Translations under genes and position numbers: made by a program
DNA from: a virus
IMG/VR virus record: IMGVR_UViG_3300045988_036476
Coordinates: 1-41,677 of that record
Length of the DNA: 41,677 bases
Reading direction: 5' to 3' (one strand)
Notes under the pieces: generated by a model
Told to the model about the DNA's origin: nothing
The model's database searches: none
What the model saw: only the letters and a program-made list of their open reading frames with translations
In this document: positions 24,762-31,873 of the stretch, piece after piece
How the letters are laid out: each line of letters starts with the position of its first letter
Position numbering within the stretch: position 1 is the first letter of the stretch

Positions 24762-24956
24762 ATGAACGAATTACTGAACAAGAGAATCGCAAACCTTCTC
24801 AGCGTGAAGAGCCTTGTGACGATTGCGCTGACGGCGACCTTCTGCGCGCTGACAGTACAGTCGAAGGTGACGCAGGAATTCAACACCGTGTACCTCATGG
24901 TCATCGCCTTCTACTTTGGCACGCAGAACGCGGCGGGCAGCGCGAAGGGAGAGTAA
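24762..24956 (+). CDS. Holin
   Basis: 64 aa with two TM helices (...SLVTIALTATFCAL...VYLMVIAFYFG) immediately upstream of the endolysin. Confidence 0.65.
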   Translation: MNELLNKRIANLLSVKSLVTIALTATFCALTVQSKVTQEFNTVYLMVIAFYFGTQNAAGSAKGE

Positions 24957-24960
24957 AAGC

Positions 24961-25536
24961 ATGGCGAGAGCAGAAGACATCCTTGCCATCGCGCGCAAGG
25001 AGATCGGCATGGTGGAGCAGCCGGGCAACCGCCAGAAGTACGGCAAAGCCTACGGCATGGACGGCGTGTACTGGTGTATGCAGTTCGTGTGGTGGTGCTT
25101 CCAGCAGGTGGACAAGACGCTCTTCTATGGCGGCGGGAAGACCGCGAGTTGCGGCGAGCTGATGAACTACGCCAAAGCCCACGGCCAATGGGTCACATCC
25201 GGCTATCAGCCGGGCGACGTGCTCATCTATGACTTTCCCAACACGAAGGTCAAGACCGACCATACGGGCATCTGCGAGAGCGTGAGCGGGCAGTACGTGA
25301 TCGCCATCGAGGGCAATACCTCCAACGGCAACACCGGCAGCCAGAGCAACGGCGACGGGGTGTATCGCCGCAAGCGCAAGCTGTCGCTGGTGCTGGGCGC
25401 ATACCGCCCAAAGTATGAGGCGAGCTACCGCGAAATGCTCAAGAAGCGCTCCGGCCTCGAGGACAAGACGATGGACTACCTCGCGGCCTACAAGTACGGC
25501 AGCGACCTCATCCGCAAGTTGGCAACGATGAAATAA
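24961..25536 (+). CDS. Endolysin, CHAP-domain peptidase
   Basis: GGGAGAG RBS. Catalytic-type motifs GVYWCMQFVWWCF (Cys) and DHTGICESV...IEGNTS (His). Confidence 0.8.
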   Translation: MARAEDILAIARKEIGMVEQPGNRQKYGKAYGMDGVYWCMQFVWWCFQQVDKTLFYGGGKTASCGELMNYAKAHGQWVTSGYQPGDVLIYDFPNTKVKTDHTGICESVSGQYVIAIEGNTSNGNTGSQSNGDGVYRRKRKLSLVLGAYRPKYEASYREMLKKRSGLEDKTMDYLAAYKYGSDLIRKLATMK

Positions 25537-25627
25537 TTGTGCCCGAATCGGGCACGGAAAGGGAAACGGGCGGGAGACCTGCAACGTCTCCCCTCGCGTG
25601 AGCGCTCTGCAAGCCCCGGTGCACAGC

Positions 25628-25873
25628 ATGGACAAGCAGCACCGAGCGATCCGCGCACAGTTATCCTCTATGGCCCCCAAGCGGGCCGTGGCGTATATCT
25701 TATCGTTTGAGCTGCCAGCGGACGAGGCGGCGTGCCTCATCGAGTGCGACGTGCGGCGCAAGAGCTACGCACAAGTGTGCGAGGCGCTGCACCTGTCGCC
25801 GGAGGCGGTCAACCGCTGCCGCAGGCGGGCATACCAAAAAATGGCAGACGGACAAAGAGAGCACCGAGGTTAA
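25628..25873 (+). CDS. Sigma-70 region-4-like HTH protein
   Basis: SYAQVCEALHLSPEAVNRCRRRAYQKM. The start is ambiguous (GTG 25598 or ATG 25628). Confidence 0.55.
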   Translation: MDKQHRAIRAQLSSMAPKRAVAYILSFELPADEAACLIECDVRRKSYAQVCEALHLSPEAVNRCRRRAYQKMADGQREHRG

Positions 25874-25889
25874 TCGGTGCTCTCTTTTT
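25855..25889. terminator. Strong bidirectional rho-independent terminator
   Basis: AAGAGAGCACCGA-ggttaa-TCGGTGCTCTCTT followed by TTTA, flanked by A/T runs. Lies between convergent genes. Confidence 0.8.
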
Positions 25890-26355
25890 ATTCGTTCGGT
25901 TCGAGCTGGATGACCGTCCATCCGTGCCACCGACAGTGATTGTATGACGCGGCATACAGCATCTTGGCCGTACGCTTGGCCTCATACTTATCCTCTGGGT
26001 CAATGCCAAACAGCTCCACATGATCTCTGACAAATTTCGATAAGTTTTTGATCTCCCACTCACGAGCACCGTTTGATACTCGATACCATTTTGCACGGAT
26101 ATTGGTCTCATATGGCCCTGTCAACGGGGATTCCAGCAGCGCCTTAACTCGAGCGGCTGGGGATTGCTGGGCCTCTGCCATAGCACAGCCGCAGGACGTG
26201 GTATGCCCGGTCATAAGATTCCTGCCCGATACGTCGGTCCCTTTGCCGCAATCGCATCGGCAGAGCCATTTTGCCCGACCGTATTTATCCGGCTCCGCAG
26301 GCTCAAGCACAGTCCAGTGCCCAAAAGTCTGCCCTGTTAGGTCATACGTGCCCAT
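25888..26355 (-). CDS. Cys-rich zinc-ribbon protein (155 aa)
   Basis: LTGQTFGHWTVLEPA...WLCRCDCGKGTDVSGRNLMTGHTTSCGC is a recurrent phage N-terminal module. The start overlaps the upstream stop (TAATG). Confidence 0.7.
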   Translation of the reverse strand: MGTYDLTGQTFGHWTVLEPAEPDKYGRAKWLCRCDCGKGTDVSGRNLMTGHTTSCGCAMAEAQQSPAARVKALLESPLTGPYETNIRAKWYRVSNGAREWEIKNLSKFVRDHVELFGIDPEDKYEAKRTAKMLYAASYNHCRWHGWTVIQLEPNE

Positions 26356-26636
26356 TACAGCAGCTCACTTATATCCACACCCAGCGCGTCGGCGAGCGCA
26401 AATAAGGTTTTTGCAGCCATATTGCCCGTCTCGATCTCGCCGGATTCAACTTTCTGGATCTGCCGGATATAGATGCCGGATTTTTGAGCCAGCTCGGACT
26501 GCGTCATGTCTGCCATGCGGCGAGACCACTCAAGCTTAGTGATGGGGCGGTTGTGGCAGTCCCGCCCGTAGTTGACCAGAGAACAGGCGGTGCAGTCGCC
26601 GTCCGCCCGCTGGCAGTCGCTATACTTTCGTCTCAT
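26355..26636 (-). CDS. XRE-family HTH protein with a Cys-rich N-terminus (93 aa)
   Basis: GAAGGTG RBS. CQRADGDCTACSLVNYGRDC followed by MTQSELAQKSGIYIRQIQKVESGE. Confidence 0.7.
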   Translation of the reverse strand: MRRKYSDCQRADGDCTACSLVNYGRDCHNRPITKLEWSRRMADMTQSELAQKSGIYIRQIQKVESGEIETGNMAAKTLFALADALGVDISELL

Positions 26637-26652
26637 ATCGTAGTCACCTTCT

Positions 26653-26871
26653 TTAGAGGAGATCGTAGCCGACGAGAGGGACGCTGCCGTATTCGTCCGG
26701 CTCCTGACCATACACGGGACGGAGGAGGCGGCCCTCGTCGATGTCCCATTCCTCACCGTTCCAGCAGTCGTTGCCGTACTGCTGAAGCCATTCGCCAAGA
26801 GCGGCGAGATTTTCGTCGGTGGGGTTTTTAGTGGCCGCCTCGCGGAGTTCTTCATATCTGTATTCGTTCAT
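26653..26871 (-). CDS. Small, highly acidic hypothetical protein (72 aa)
   Basis: AGGAGG RBS. Begins MNEYRYEELREAATKNPTDENLAALGEWLQQYGNDCWNGEEWDIDEG... Confidence 0.6.
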   Translation of the reverse strand: MNEYRYEELREAATKNPTDENLAALGEWLQQYGNDCWNGEEWDIDEGRLLRPVYGQEPDEYGSVPLVGYDLL

Positions 26872-26893
26872 GATGTTCTTCCTCCTGTAAGTT

Positions 26894-27154
26894 TTATAAA
26901 TCGAGTATGGTCGCGCCGCCGTTGCGGGCGTCGACAATGTTGCTGATCTCCTCGTAGCAGGTCGCAGGGTCCGGCTCGCCGCCCTCCCAGTCGTCGGCGA
27001 TGGGGTCGCCGCCCGCATTGAGCGCGTCCAGCGCCCCAACGACCAGAGCGCGGTCCGCGTCACAAAGGTAGTAGATGCAGGTGCCGTTCTCGCCCATGAC
27101 AGCGAGGTGCAGCCGGCCGGCATTGTCTTCATAAATGCTGTAATTGTACTTCAT
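26894..27154 (-). CDS. Small acidic hypothetical protein (86 aa)
   Basis: CAGGAGG RBS. Begins MKYNYSIYEDNAGRLHLAVMGENG... Confidence 0.6.
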   Translation of the reverse strand: MKYNYSIYEDNAGRLHLAVMGENGTCIYYLCDADRALVVGALDALNAGGDPIADDWEGGEPDPATCYEEISNIVDARNGGATILDL

Positions 27155-27196
27155 TTTCGTTTCCTCCTGAGGTTTTCCCTCTTGCTTTATGTGCTT

Positions 27197-27225
27197 AGTA
27201 TACGCCAATATTGGCGTAAAGTCAA
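27197..27225 (-). promoter_or_regulatory. Near-consensus sigma-70 promoter (TTGACT-17-TATACT) with a 16-bp palindromic operator in the spacer
   Basis: The minus strand reads TTGACTttACGCCAATATTGGCGTATACT. The palindrome ACGCCAATATTGGCGT spans 27202-27217. Confidence 0.7.
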
Positions 27226-27255
27226 GAGTTTTTTGAGCTTTTTGCAAAATATTTT

Positions 27256-27286
27256 TTGACCAAATATTGACCAAAGACTGACCATT
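27256..27286 (+). promoter_or_regulatory. Three direct TGACCA repeats with 11-bp periodicity
   Basis: TTGACCAAA at 27256, TTGACCAAA at 27267, CTGACCATT at 27278. Located in the divergent control region. Confidence 0.55.
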
Positions 27287-27341
27287 TGGCAAACGAATTT
27301 TATGGCATCATAAAAACAGAATAAGAAAGAAGGTGCGCGAG

Positions 27342-27464
27342 ATGTACGAACGACTTTTGGCTTGTGGATTTACCGAGCAAATGGCGATGGACATTCTCGC
27401 GCTTTTTCCTGACCCTGACGAGCTGAGAGCATACGTCTACTTTGCAGAGATGTTCCATGTATAG
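27342..27464 (+). CDS. Small hypothetical protein (40 aa; below the track cutoff)
   Basis: AAGAAGGTG RBS 7 nt upstream of the start. Translation: MYERLLACGFTEQMAMDILALFPDPDELRAYVYFAEMFHV. The stop overlaps the next start. Confidence 0.4.
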   Translation: MYERLLACGFTEQMAMDILALFPDPDELRAYVYFAEMFHV

Positions 27465-27840
27465 CTATTTCAACCCGAATCCAAACGGGCGCAACGTCAG
27501 CGACTGCACCGTGCGCGCGATCTGCAAGGCGACGGGGAAGGACTGGGGCGAAGTTTATTTGTCTCTGTGCATACAGGGATACTTGGACGGCGACTTGCCC
27601 AATGCAAACGCCTGTTGGGGCGCATATCTGCGGTCGCTCGGCTATCGGCGCTATATCATGCCGGACACTTGCCCGGACTGCTACACGGTCGGCAGATTTG
27701 CTGATGAGCACCCGCGCGGGACGTATATTCTCGCGCTTTCTGGTCATGTGGTCTGCGTGCAGGATGGTGTAATTTACGACAGCTGGAACAGCGAGAACGA
27801 AATCCCGCTTTATTATTGGGTCAAAGAAACGGAGGAATGA
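27457..27840 (+). CDS. Hypothetical protein with a papain-like Cys/His/Asp arrangement
   Basis: Contains YFNPNPNGRNVSDCTVRAI...LSGHVVCVQDGVIYDSWNS. Assignment to a peptidase fold is inference. Confidence 0.6.
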   Translation: MYSYFNPNPNGRNVSDCTVRAICKATGKDWGEVYLSLCIQGYLDGDLPNANACWGAYLRSLGYRRYIMPDTCPDCYTVGRFADEHPRGTYILALSGHVVCVQDGVIYDSWNSENEIPLYYWVKETEE

Positions 27841-27842
27841 AC

Positions 27843-28280
27843 ATGGCATATCCCTATTTCAATCCCTATTATCCGCAGCCAATGCCGGACAACCTCATGC
27901 AGATGCGGCAGATGCAGCAGCCACAGATGCAGCCCATGCAGCAGCCTATGTCGCAGCCAGTGCAACAGAACCCCATTGCACAGGGCGGCGTGCAGTGGGT
28001 AAGCGGCGAGCAGGAGGCGAGAGGGTATCTCATCGCGCCGAACTCCGCTGTGGCGCTGTGGGATTCTACCGCGCCGACTGTGTATCTCAAGCAGGCGGAT
28101 GCAAGCGGCAAGCCGACGCTAAAGATTTATGACCTTGTAGAACGCGCAGAAACGCCCCGTACAGCGCCGCAGGAAAAGGGCGTGGAATTTGTCACCCGCA
28201 AGGAGTTTGACGCGCTGGCGGCTCTTGTGGGCGAATTAAAGGGCAAGAAGAAGCGCAAGGAGGACGATGACGATGAATAA
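27843..28280 (+). CDS. Protein with a Q/M/P-rich N-terminus (145 aa)
   Basis: ACGGAGG RBS. Begins MAYPYFNPYYPQPMPDNLMQMRQMQQPQMQPMQQPMSQPVQQ, then VQWVSGEQEARGYLIAPNSAVALWDS...KIYDLVER. Confidence 0.65.
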   Translation: MAYPYFNPYYPQPMPDNLMQMRQMQQPQMQPMQQPMSQPVQQNPIAQGGVQWVSGEQEARGYLIAPNSAVALWDSTAPTVYLKQADASGKPTLKIYDLVERAETPRTAPQEKGVEFVTRKEFDALAALVGELKGKKKRKEDDDDE

Positions 28281-28491
28281 CCCCTTTTTCGGTGCGCTCG
28301 GCGGCGGGCAGATGCCTGGACCGATGGGTGAGCTGATGCAGCTCAAGCAGAAATTCCAACAGTTCCAAAGCGGCTTTCAGGGAAACCCAAAAGAAGAAGT
28401 CAATAAGCTCCTGCAATCTGGCGCTATGAGCCAGCAGGAGTTAAACCAACTGCAATCTATGGCAAAACAGTTTGAGCATTTATTCCATTGA
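28273..28491 (+). CDS. Small Q-rich protein (72 aa)
   Basis: AAGGAGG RBS 9 nt before ATG 28273. Begins MNNPFFGALGGGQMPGPMGELMQLKQKFQQFQSGFQGNPKEEV... Confidence 0.55.
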   Translation: MNNPFFGALGGGQMPGPMGELMQLKQKFQQFQSGFQGNPKEEVNKLLQSGAMSQQELNQLQSMAKQFEHLFH

Positions 28492-28542
28492 TCTTATCGT
28501 GGCCGCGATTTGATAAATAAAATTTATGAAAGGAGAGATAAT

Positions 28543-29268
28543 ATGTCTCTTTCCGACGGTGCTCCCATGATGACTATGCCGGTCGCGCCCGCGAACAATT
28601 ACGGCGGCGGTATGGGCATGTGGGGCGACAGCTGGATCTGGATTATCGTTCTTTTCCTCTTCGGCTGGGGCCGCAACGGATTTGGCAACGGTAACGGCGG
28701 TGGTGTAATGGACGGCTATGTTCTGACCTCCGACTTCGCAAGTGTTGAGCGTAAGCTTGACAGTATTGCAAATGGCGTTTGCGATTCCACGTTTGCCCTG
28801 AACAATGCCATTTCCGGCGGCTTTGCTACGACCACGCAGGCCATCAATACCGGCTTCGGCAATGCCGAACTTTCCCGCGCCAACCAGCAGGCCGCGCTGA
28901 TGCAGCAGCTCAACGCCATGCAGATGCAGGCTGCAAATTGCTGCTGCGAGAATCGCGCGGCTATCGCGCAGGTGCGCTACGACATGGCGACGCAGGCGTG
29001 CGACACTCGCAACACGGTCAACACGGCAGCCCGCGACATCATTGACGCGAACAACCAGAATTCGAGAGCAATCTTGGACTTCCTCACGCAGAGCAAACTG
29101 TCCGATCTCCAGACTGAGAACCAGAATCTCAAGCTGGCTGCGTCTCAGGCTGCACAGAATAACTACCTCATTTCGCAGCTTCGCCCTTGCCCTTCCCCCG
29201 CCTACATTACCTGTAACCCGTGGGCAGGTAGCGGCTACGGCGGCTGTGGTTCCGGCTGCGGCTGCTGA
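28543..29268 (+). CDS. Single-TM protein with a helical Cys-containing ectodomain and a GCGSGCGC tail (241 aa)
   Basis: AAAGGAGAG RBS. TM helix WIWIIVLFLFGW, then a Gly-rich linker, AANCCCENRAAI, and the C-terminus ...CNPWAGSGYGGCGSGCGC. Confidence 0.7.
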   Translation: MSLSDGAPMMTMPVAPANNYGGGMGMWGDSWIWIIVLFLFGWGRNGFGNGNGGGVMDGYVLTSDFASVERKLDSIANGVCDSTFALNNAISGGFATTTQAINTGFGNAELSRANQQAALMQQLNAMQMQAANCCCENRAAIAQVRYDMATQACDTRNTVNTAARDIIDANNQNSRAILDFLTQSKLSDLQTENQNLKLAASQAAQNNYLISQLRPCPSPAYITCNPWAGSGYGGCGSGCGC

Positions 29269-29300
29269 CAACTGCATAGCATAGCTTTTTGTTGGCGATG

Positions 29301-29320
29301 TTTTGTTGACGTCAACAAAA
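29301..29320. promoter_or_regulatory. 20-bp perfect palindrome TTTTGTTGACGTCAACAAAA
   Basis: Lies in the 137-bp gap between genes 28543-29268 and 29406-29846. Confidence 0.5.
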
Positions 29321-29405
29321 TGTTCGGCCCCGTGCCGATACTGACAACAACGCGGCGGGGCTATTGCCTCGCCGCTGTATTTTAATTGCCTCGATTTCGA
29401 GGCAT

Positions 29406-29846
29406 ATGAAAGGACTGATTATTTTGGCAGAGTACACAAACGCGAATATTGTGAGCGTAGCCGCAGGCCAGAACATTCCCCTGACTGAAACGGCGGTCAA
29501 TAGCAAGCCCTGCATCGTGCATCGTCAGGGCGCAGGCGTTGTCACGCTTCGCGGCCTCACCAATCAAAACCGCGCTCTGTTTCGGGTTTCCTTTGGCGGC
29601 AACATCGCTATTCCCACCGGAGGCACGGTTGAGTCCATCACGGCGGCGCTTGCCATTAACGGAGAGCCGTTGACCAGTGCAACGGCGGTCGTCACGCCCG
29701 CGGCGGTAGGGAACTACTTTAACATTTATGTTTCCGCACAGGTCTGCGTTCCGAAAAACTGCTGCCTGACGGTCGCAATGGAAAACACCAGCACTCAGGC
29801 CGTCAACTTCGCCAACTCGAACCTGACGGTTGAGAGAATCGCGTGA
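29406..29846 (+). CDS. BclA-C-terminal / C1q-TNF-like beta-sandwich protein (146 aa)
   Basis: The pattern ...FRVSFGGNIAIPTGG...ALAINGEPLTSA...NFANSNLTVERIA parallels the BclA CTD (...IQVNGVPV...ASIIIEKVA) as I recall it. The GAGG RBS lies inside hairpin 29389-29404. Confidence 0.6.
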   Translation: MKGLIILAEYTNANIVSVAAGQNIPLTETAVNSKPCIVHRQGAGVVTLRGLTNQNRALFRVSFGGNIAIPTGGTVESITAALAINGEPLTSATAVVTPAAVGNYFNIYVSAQVCVPKNCCLTVAMENTSTQAVNFANSNLTVERIA

Positions 29847-29859
29847 AAGGAGAATGGAC

Positions 29860-30267
29860 ATGAGCAAGAAAGCAATGTATGATTTGCGCAATATGCTGTG
29901 CGACGAACTCGACGAGCTGGCACGTAAGGGCGAACTTGGCGCGGGCGATCTCGAAATTGCGCATAAGCTGACTGGCACCATCAAGAACATCGATAAAATC
30001 GAGATGATGGAGGACGACGGCTATTCCCGCGATGAAGACTATTCTCGCCGCTACTCCCGCGATGGAGACCGGCAGTCGGGTATGCGCGGCGGTTATGAAC
30101 GGGATATGTCCAATGCGAGACGCGGCACGCACTACGTCCGCGGCCACTATTCCCGTGATGGCGGAATCGACAGCATGAAACGCCAGTTGCAGGAAATGCT
30201 GGACAACGCCGACGACGAAAGCATCCGCAGGGCCATCCAGCGCTGCATGGACACGATCGAGGGCTAA
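29860..30267 (+). CDS. Hypothetical protein with a central YSRD/RGG low-complexity region (135 aa)
   Basis: GAAAGGAG RBS. Contains ...MMEDDGYSRDEDYSRRYSRDGDRQSGMRGGYERD... Confidence 0.65.
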   Translation: MSKKAMYDLRNMLCDELDELARKGELGAGDLEIAHKLTGTIKNIDKIEMMEDDGYSRDEDYSRRYSRDGDRQSGMRGGYERDMSNARRGTHYVRGHYSRDGGIDSMKRQLQEMLDNADDESIRRAIQRCMDTIEG

Positions 30268-30282
30268 AGGGGGTGCTCCCCT

Positions 30283-30603
30283 ATGGTCGACGAGAATGAG
30301 GTCAAGCGCTGGATAGCTCGCCTTGAAACAGAGGAATCGAGTTGGACAAACTATGAGCGCCTTGCCGTGCTGTATGCCATCCGTGACCAGCAAAGCGGCA
30401 GCAGAGAGAGGGCTTTGCCGATGGCATACTCCGCAGCGCCCGCGCCAGTTAGCGCCGAAACATACGGCGACAGCGATTTTCTGCGCGCGGTGGCAGATGT
30501 TCCACCGGACAAGGCGTGGGAGATTATGGACGAGCTGATGGACAGCTTGAAAATCGTAAACGAGCGCGTCTATAATAGCGTCATGCGCAAACTGGAAAAA
30601 TAA
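30283..30603 (+). CDS. Hypothetical protein (106 aa)
   Basis: AAGGGGG RBS. Contains ...WTNYERLAVLYAIRD...DSDFLRAVADV...IMDELMDSLKIVNERVYNSVMRKL. Confidence 0.65.
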   Translation: MVDENEVKRWIARLETEESSWTNYERLAVLYAIRDQQSGSRERALPMAYSAAPAPVSAETYGDSDFLRAVADVPPDKAWEIMDELMDSLKIVNERVYNSVMRKLEK

Positions 30604-30604
30604 A

Positions 30605-30627
30605 TTGCAGATGGAATTACAGATGCG
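30605..30627 (+). repeat. Two arm-type repeats TTRCAGATG (left of the attP core)
   Basis: TTGCAGATGGA at 30605 and TTACAGATGCG at 30617. Confidence 0.6.
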
Positions 30628-30670
30628 TGTCAAAAAACCGTGTAATATCAATGCTTTTGCGGATTTGGTT

Positions 30671-30698
30671 GCGGGTTCGACTCCCGCCGCCTCCACCA
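30671..30698 (+). other. tRNA 3'-end fragment (T-arm, acceptor strand, discriminator, CCA); probable attP core
   Basis: GCGGG-TTCGACT-CCCGC, then CGCCTCC, A, CCA. No matching 5' acceptor strand (GGAGGCG) lies upstream, so this is a fragment and not a tRNA gene. Confidence 0.65.
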
Positions 30699-30707
30699 AT
30701 AAAAAAA

Positions 30708-30737
30708 CCTCGCAGTCTCAACGGCTGCGGGGTTTTT
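30708..30737. terminator. Bidirectional terminator next to the tRNA fragment
   Basis: A9 run, then CCTCGCAG-tctcaacgg-CTGCGGGG, then TTTTT. Confidence 0.7.
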
Positions 30738-30821
30738 CTTGTATTTGCAAGGGTTTTCGGTCTTACCTGTTTGCACATTACTTGCGATATTTGCAAGCCA
30801 TCTTCCGCCAAAACAGTGTTT

Positions 30822-30855
30822 TTGCAGATGAATTGCAGATGAAATTACAGATGAA
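30822..30855 (+). repeat. Three arm-type repeats TTRCAGATGAA (right of the core, overlapping the 3' end of int)
   Basis: Copies at 30822, 30833 and 30845, all in the same orientation as the left pair. Confidence 0.6.
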
Positions 30856-31873
30856 ATTCGGATTCAAAAAAGCCGTCAACGGCATCTGCCACTGCTACGG
30901 CTTTATCATCCATGGTGTGCTGATATACATTTTTAAGCATGTTGTTTGTGGAGTGCCCCATGCGCTCCATTGCGTATTTGTCCGGGACATTGAGCCTGAG
31001 CATAACCGATGCGTTTACATGGCGCAGGTCGTGGAAGCGAAACGGCGAAACTCCGCAGCGGGCACACGCGCGTTGCAGATGCTTATACAGGACATTTCTG
31101 GTTGCGTGGACAATATACTCATCTGTTCGCGGTGTTGCGTCAAGCAGCCCCATAATATACGGCGGCACTTTTAGTTTTCTGTTGCCGCTGTAAGTTTTTG
31201 GCTGCTTGAGCTGCGGGCCGTCCTCACCGTCTACCATTGCTTGCTTGATCGTCAGGATATCACCGTCAAGACACTCCCATGTTAGACCTCTGATCTCCGA
31301 TGTACGGAGGCCGAGCCAGACGGCCAGAAGGAAAGGCAATTCAAAGCCCGTGCCCTTGCAATCCTCGTGCAGAATTCTAATTTCTTCCATGGTAGGTATT
31401 TTGATTTTGGGGGCTTCCTTCTGCGGCAAAGATACACGGAACACCTTATCCGGGCATTCCTCTGCCATTGCCGCCGTAAATAAGCCGTAAGCGTTGCGGA
31501 CGTACTTAGGGGACTTTTCACGTGCCATCTTATTCACGGCACGCTGCACGCGATCCTGCGTCAACGCGGAGCACTTAACGCTCATCAGCTCCTGGAAAAC
31601 CACCTTGCGGAGTTTTCTGTACCCGTTGACGGTGGAGGGGGAGAGTATTGCGTCCTTGCTGTCAATGTATCGGTCGATAGCATCACCAACCGTGCGCTCA
31701 GACGCATGAGCGGCAGACTTCGCACCGGACTTCAACGCGGCGGCTTCATTCTCCGCTTGCCGTTTGGTAAGGGCTGTGACGGACACGCGCTTTCCGTCTA
31801 CCATGACACTGACATTCCAGTTGCCAGATGGTAGCAGTTTTGCTTTTGGAATTTTCATTAAATCCCCCTCCAA
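30845..31873 (-). CDS. int: Tyrosine integrase
   Basis: Motifs LRTSEIRGLTW (Arg), HDLRHVNAS (HxxR) and GHSTNNMLKNVYQHT (Tyr). N-terminal SAM-like domain. Adjacent to attP. Confidence 0.9.
   Translation of the reverse strand: MEGDLMKIPKAKLLPSGNWNVSVMVDGKRVSVTALTKRQAENEAAALKSGAKSAAHASERTVGDAIDRYIDSKDAILSPSTVNGYRKLRKVVFQELMSVKCSALTQDRVQRAVNKMAREKSPKYVRNAYGLFTAAMAEECPDKVFRVSLPQKEAPKIKIPTMEEIRILHEDCKGTGFELPFLLAVWLGLRTSEIRGLTWECLDGDILTIKQAMVDGEDGPQLKQPKTYSGNRKLKVPPYIMGLLDATPRTDEYIVHATRNVLYKHLQRACARCGVSPFRFHDLRHVNASVMLRLNVPDKYAMERMGHSTNNMLKNVYQHTMDDKAVAVADAVDGFFESEFHL

Noticed and set aside
30640-30698. A complete tRNA gene at the attP site.
   Set aside because: Only the T-arm, the 3' acceptor strand and CCA are present. 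No complementary 5' acceptor strand (GGAGGCG), D-arm or anticodon arm can be found in the preceding ~90 nt.
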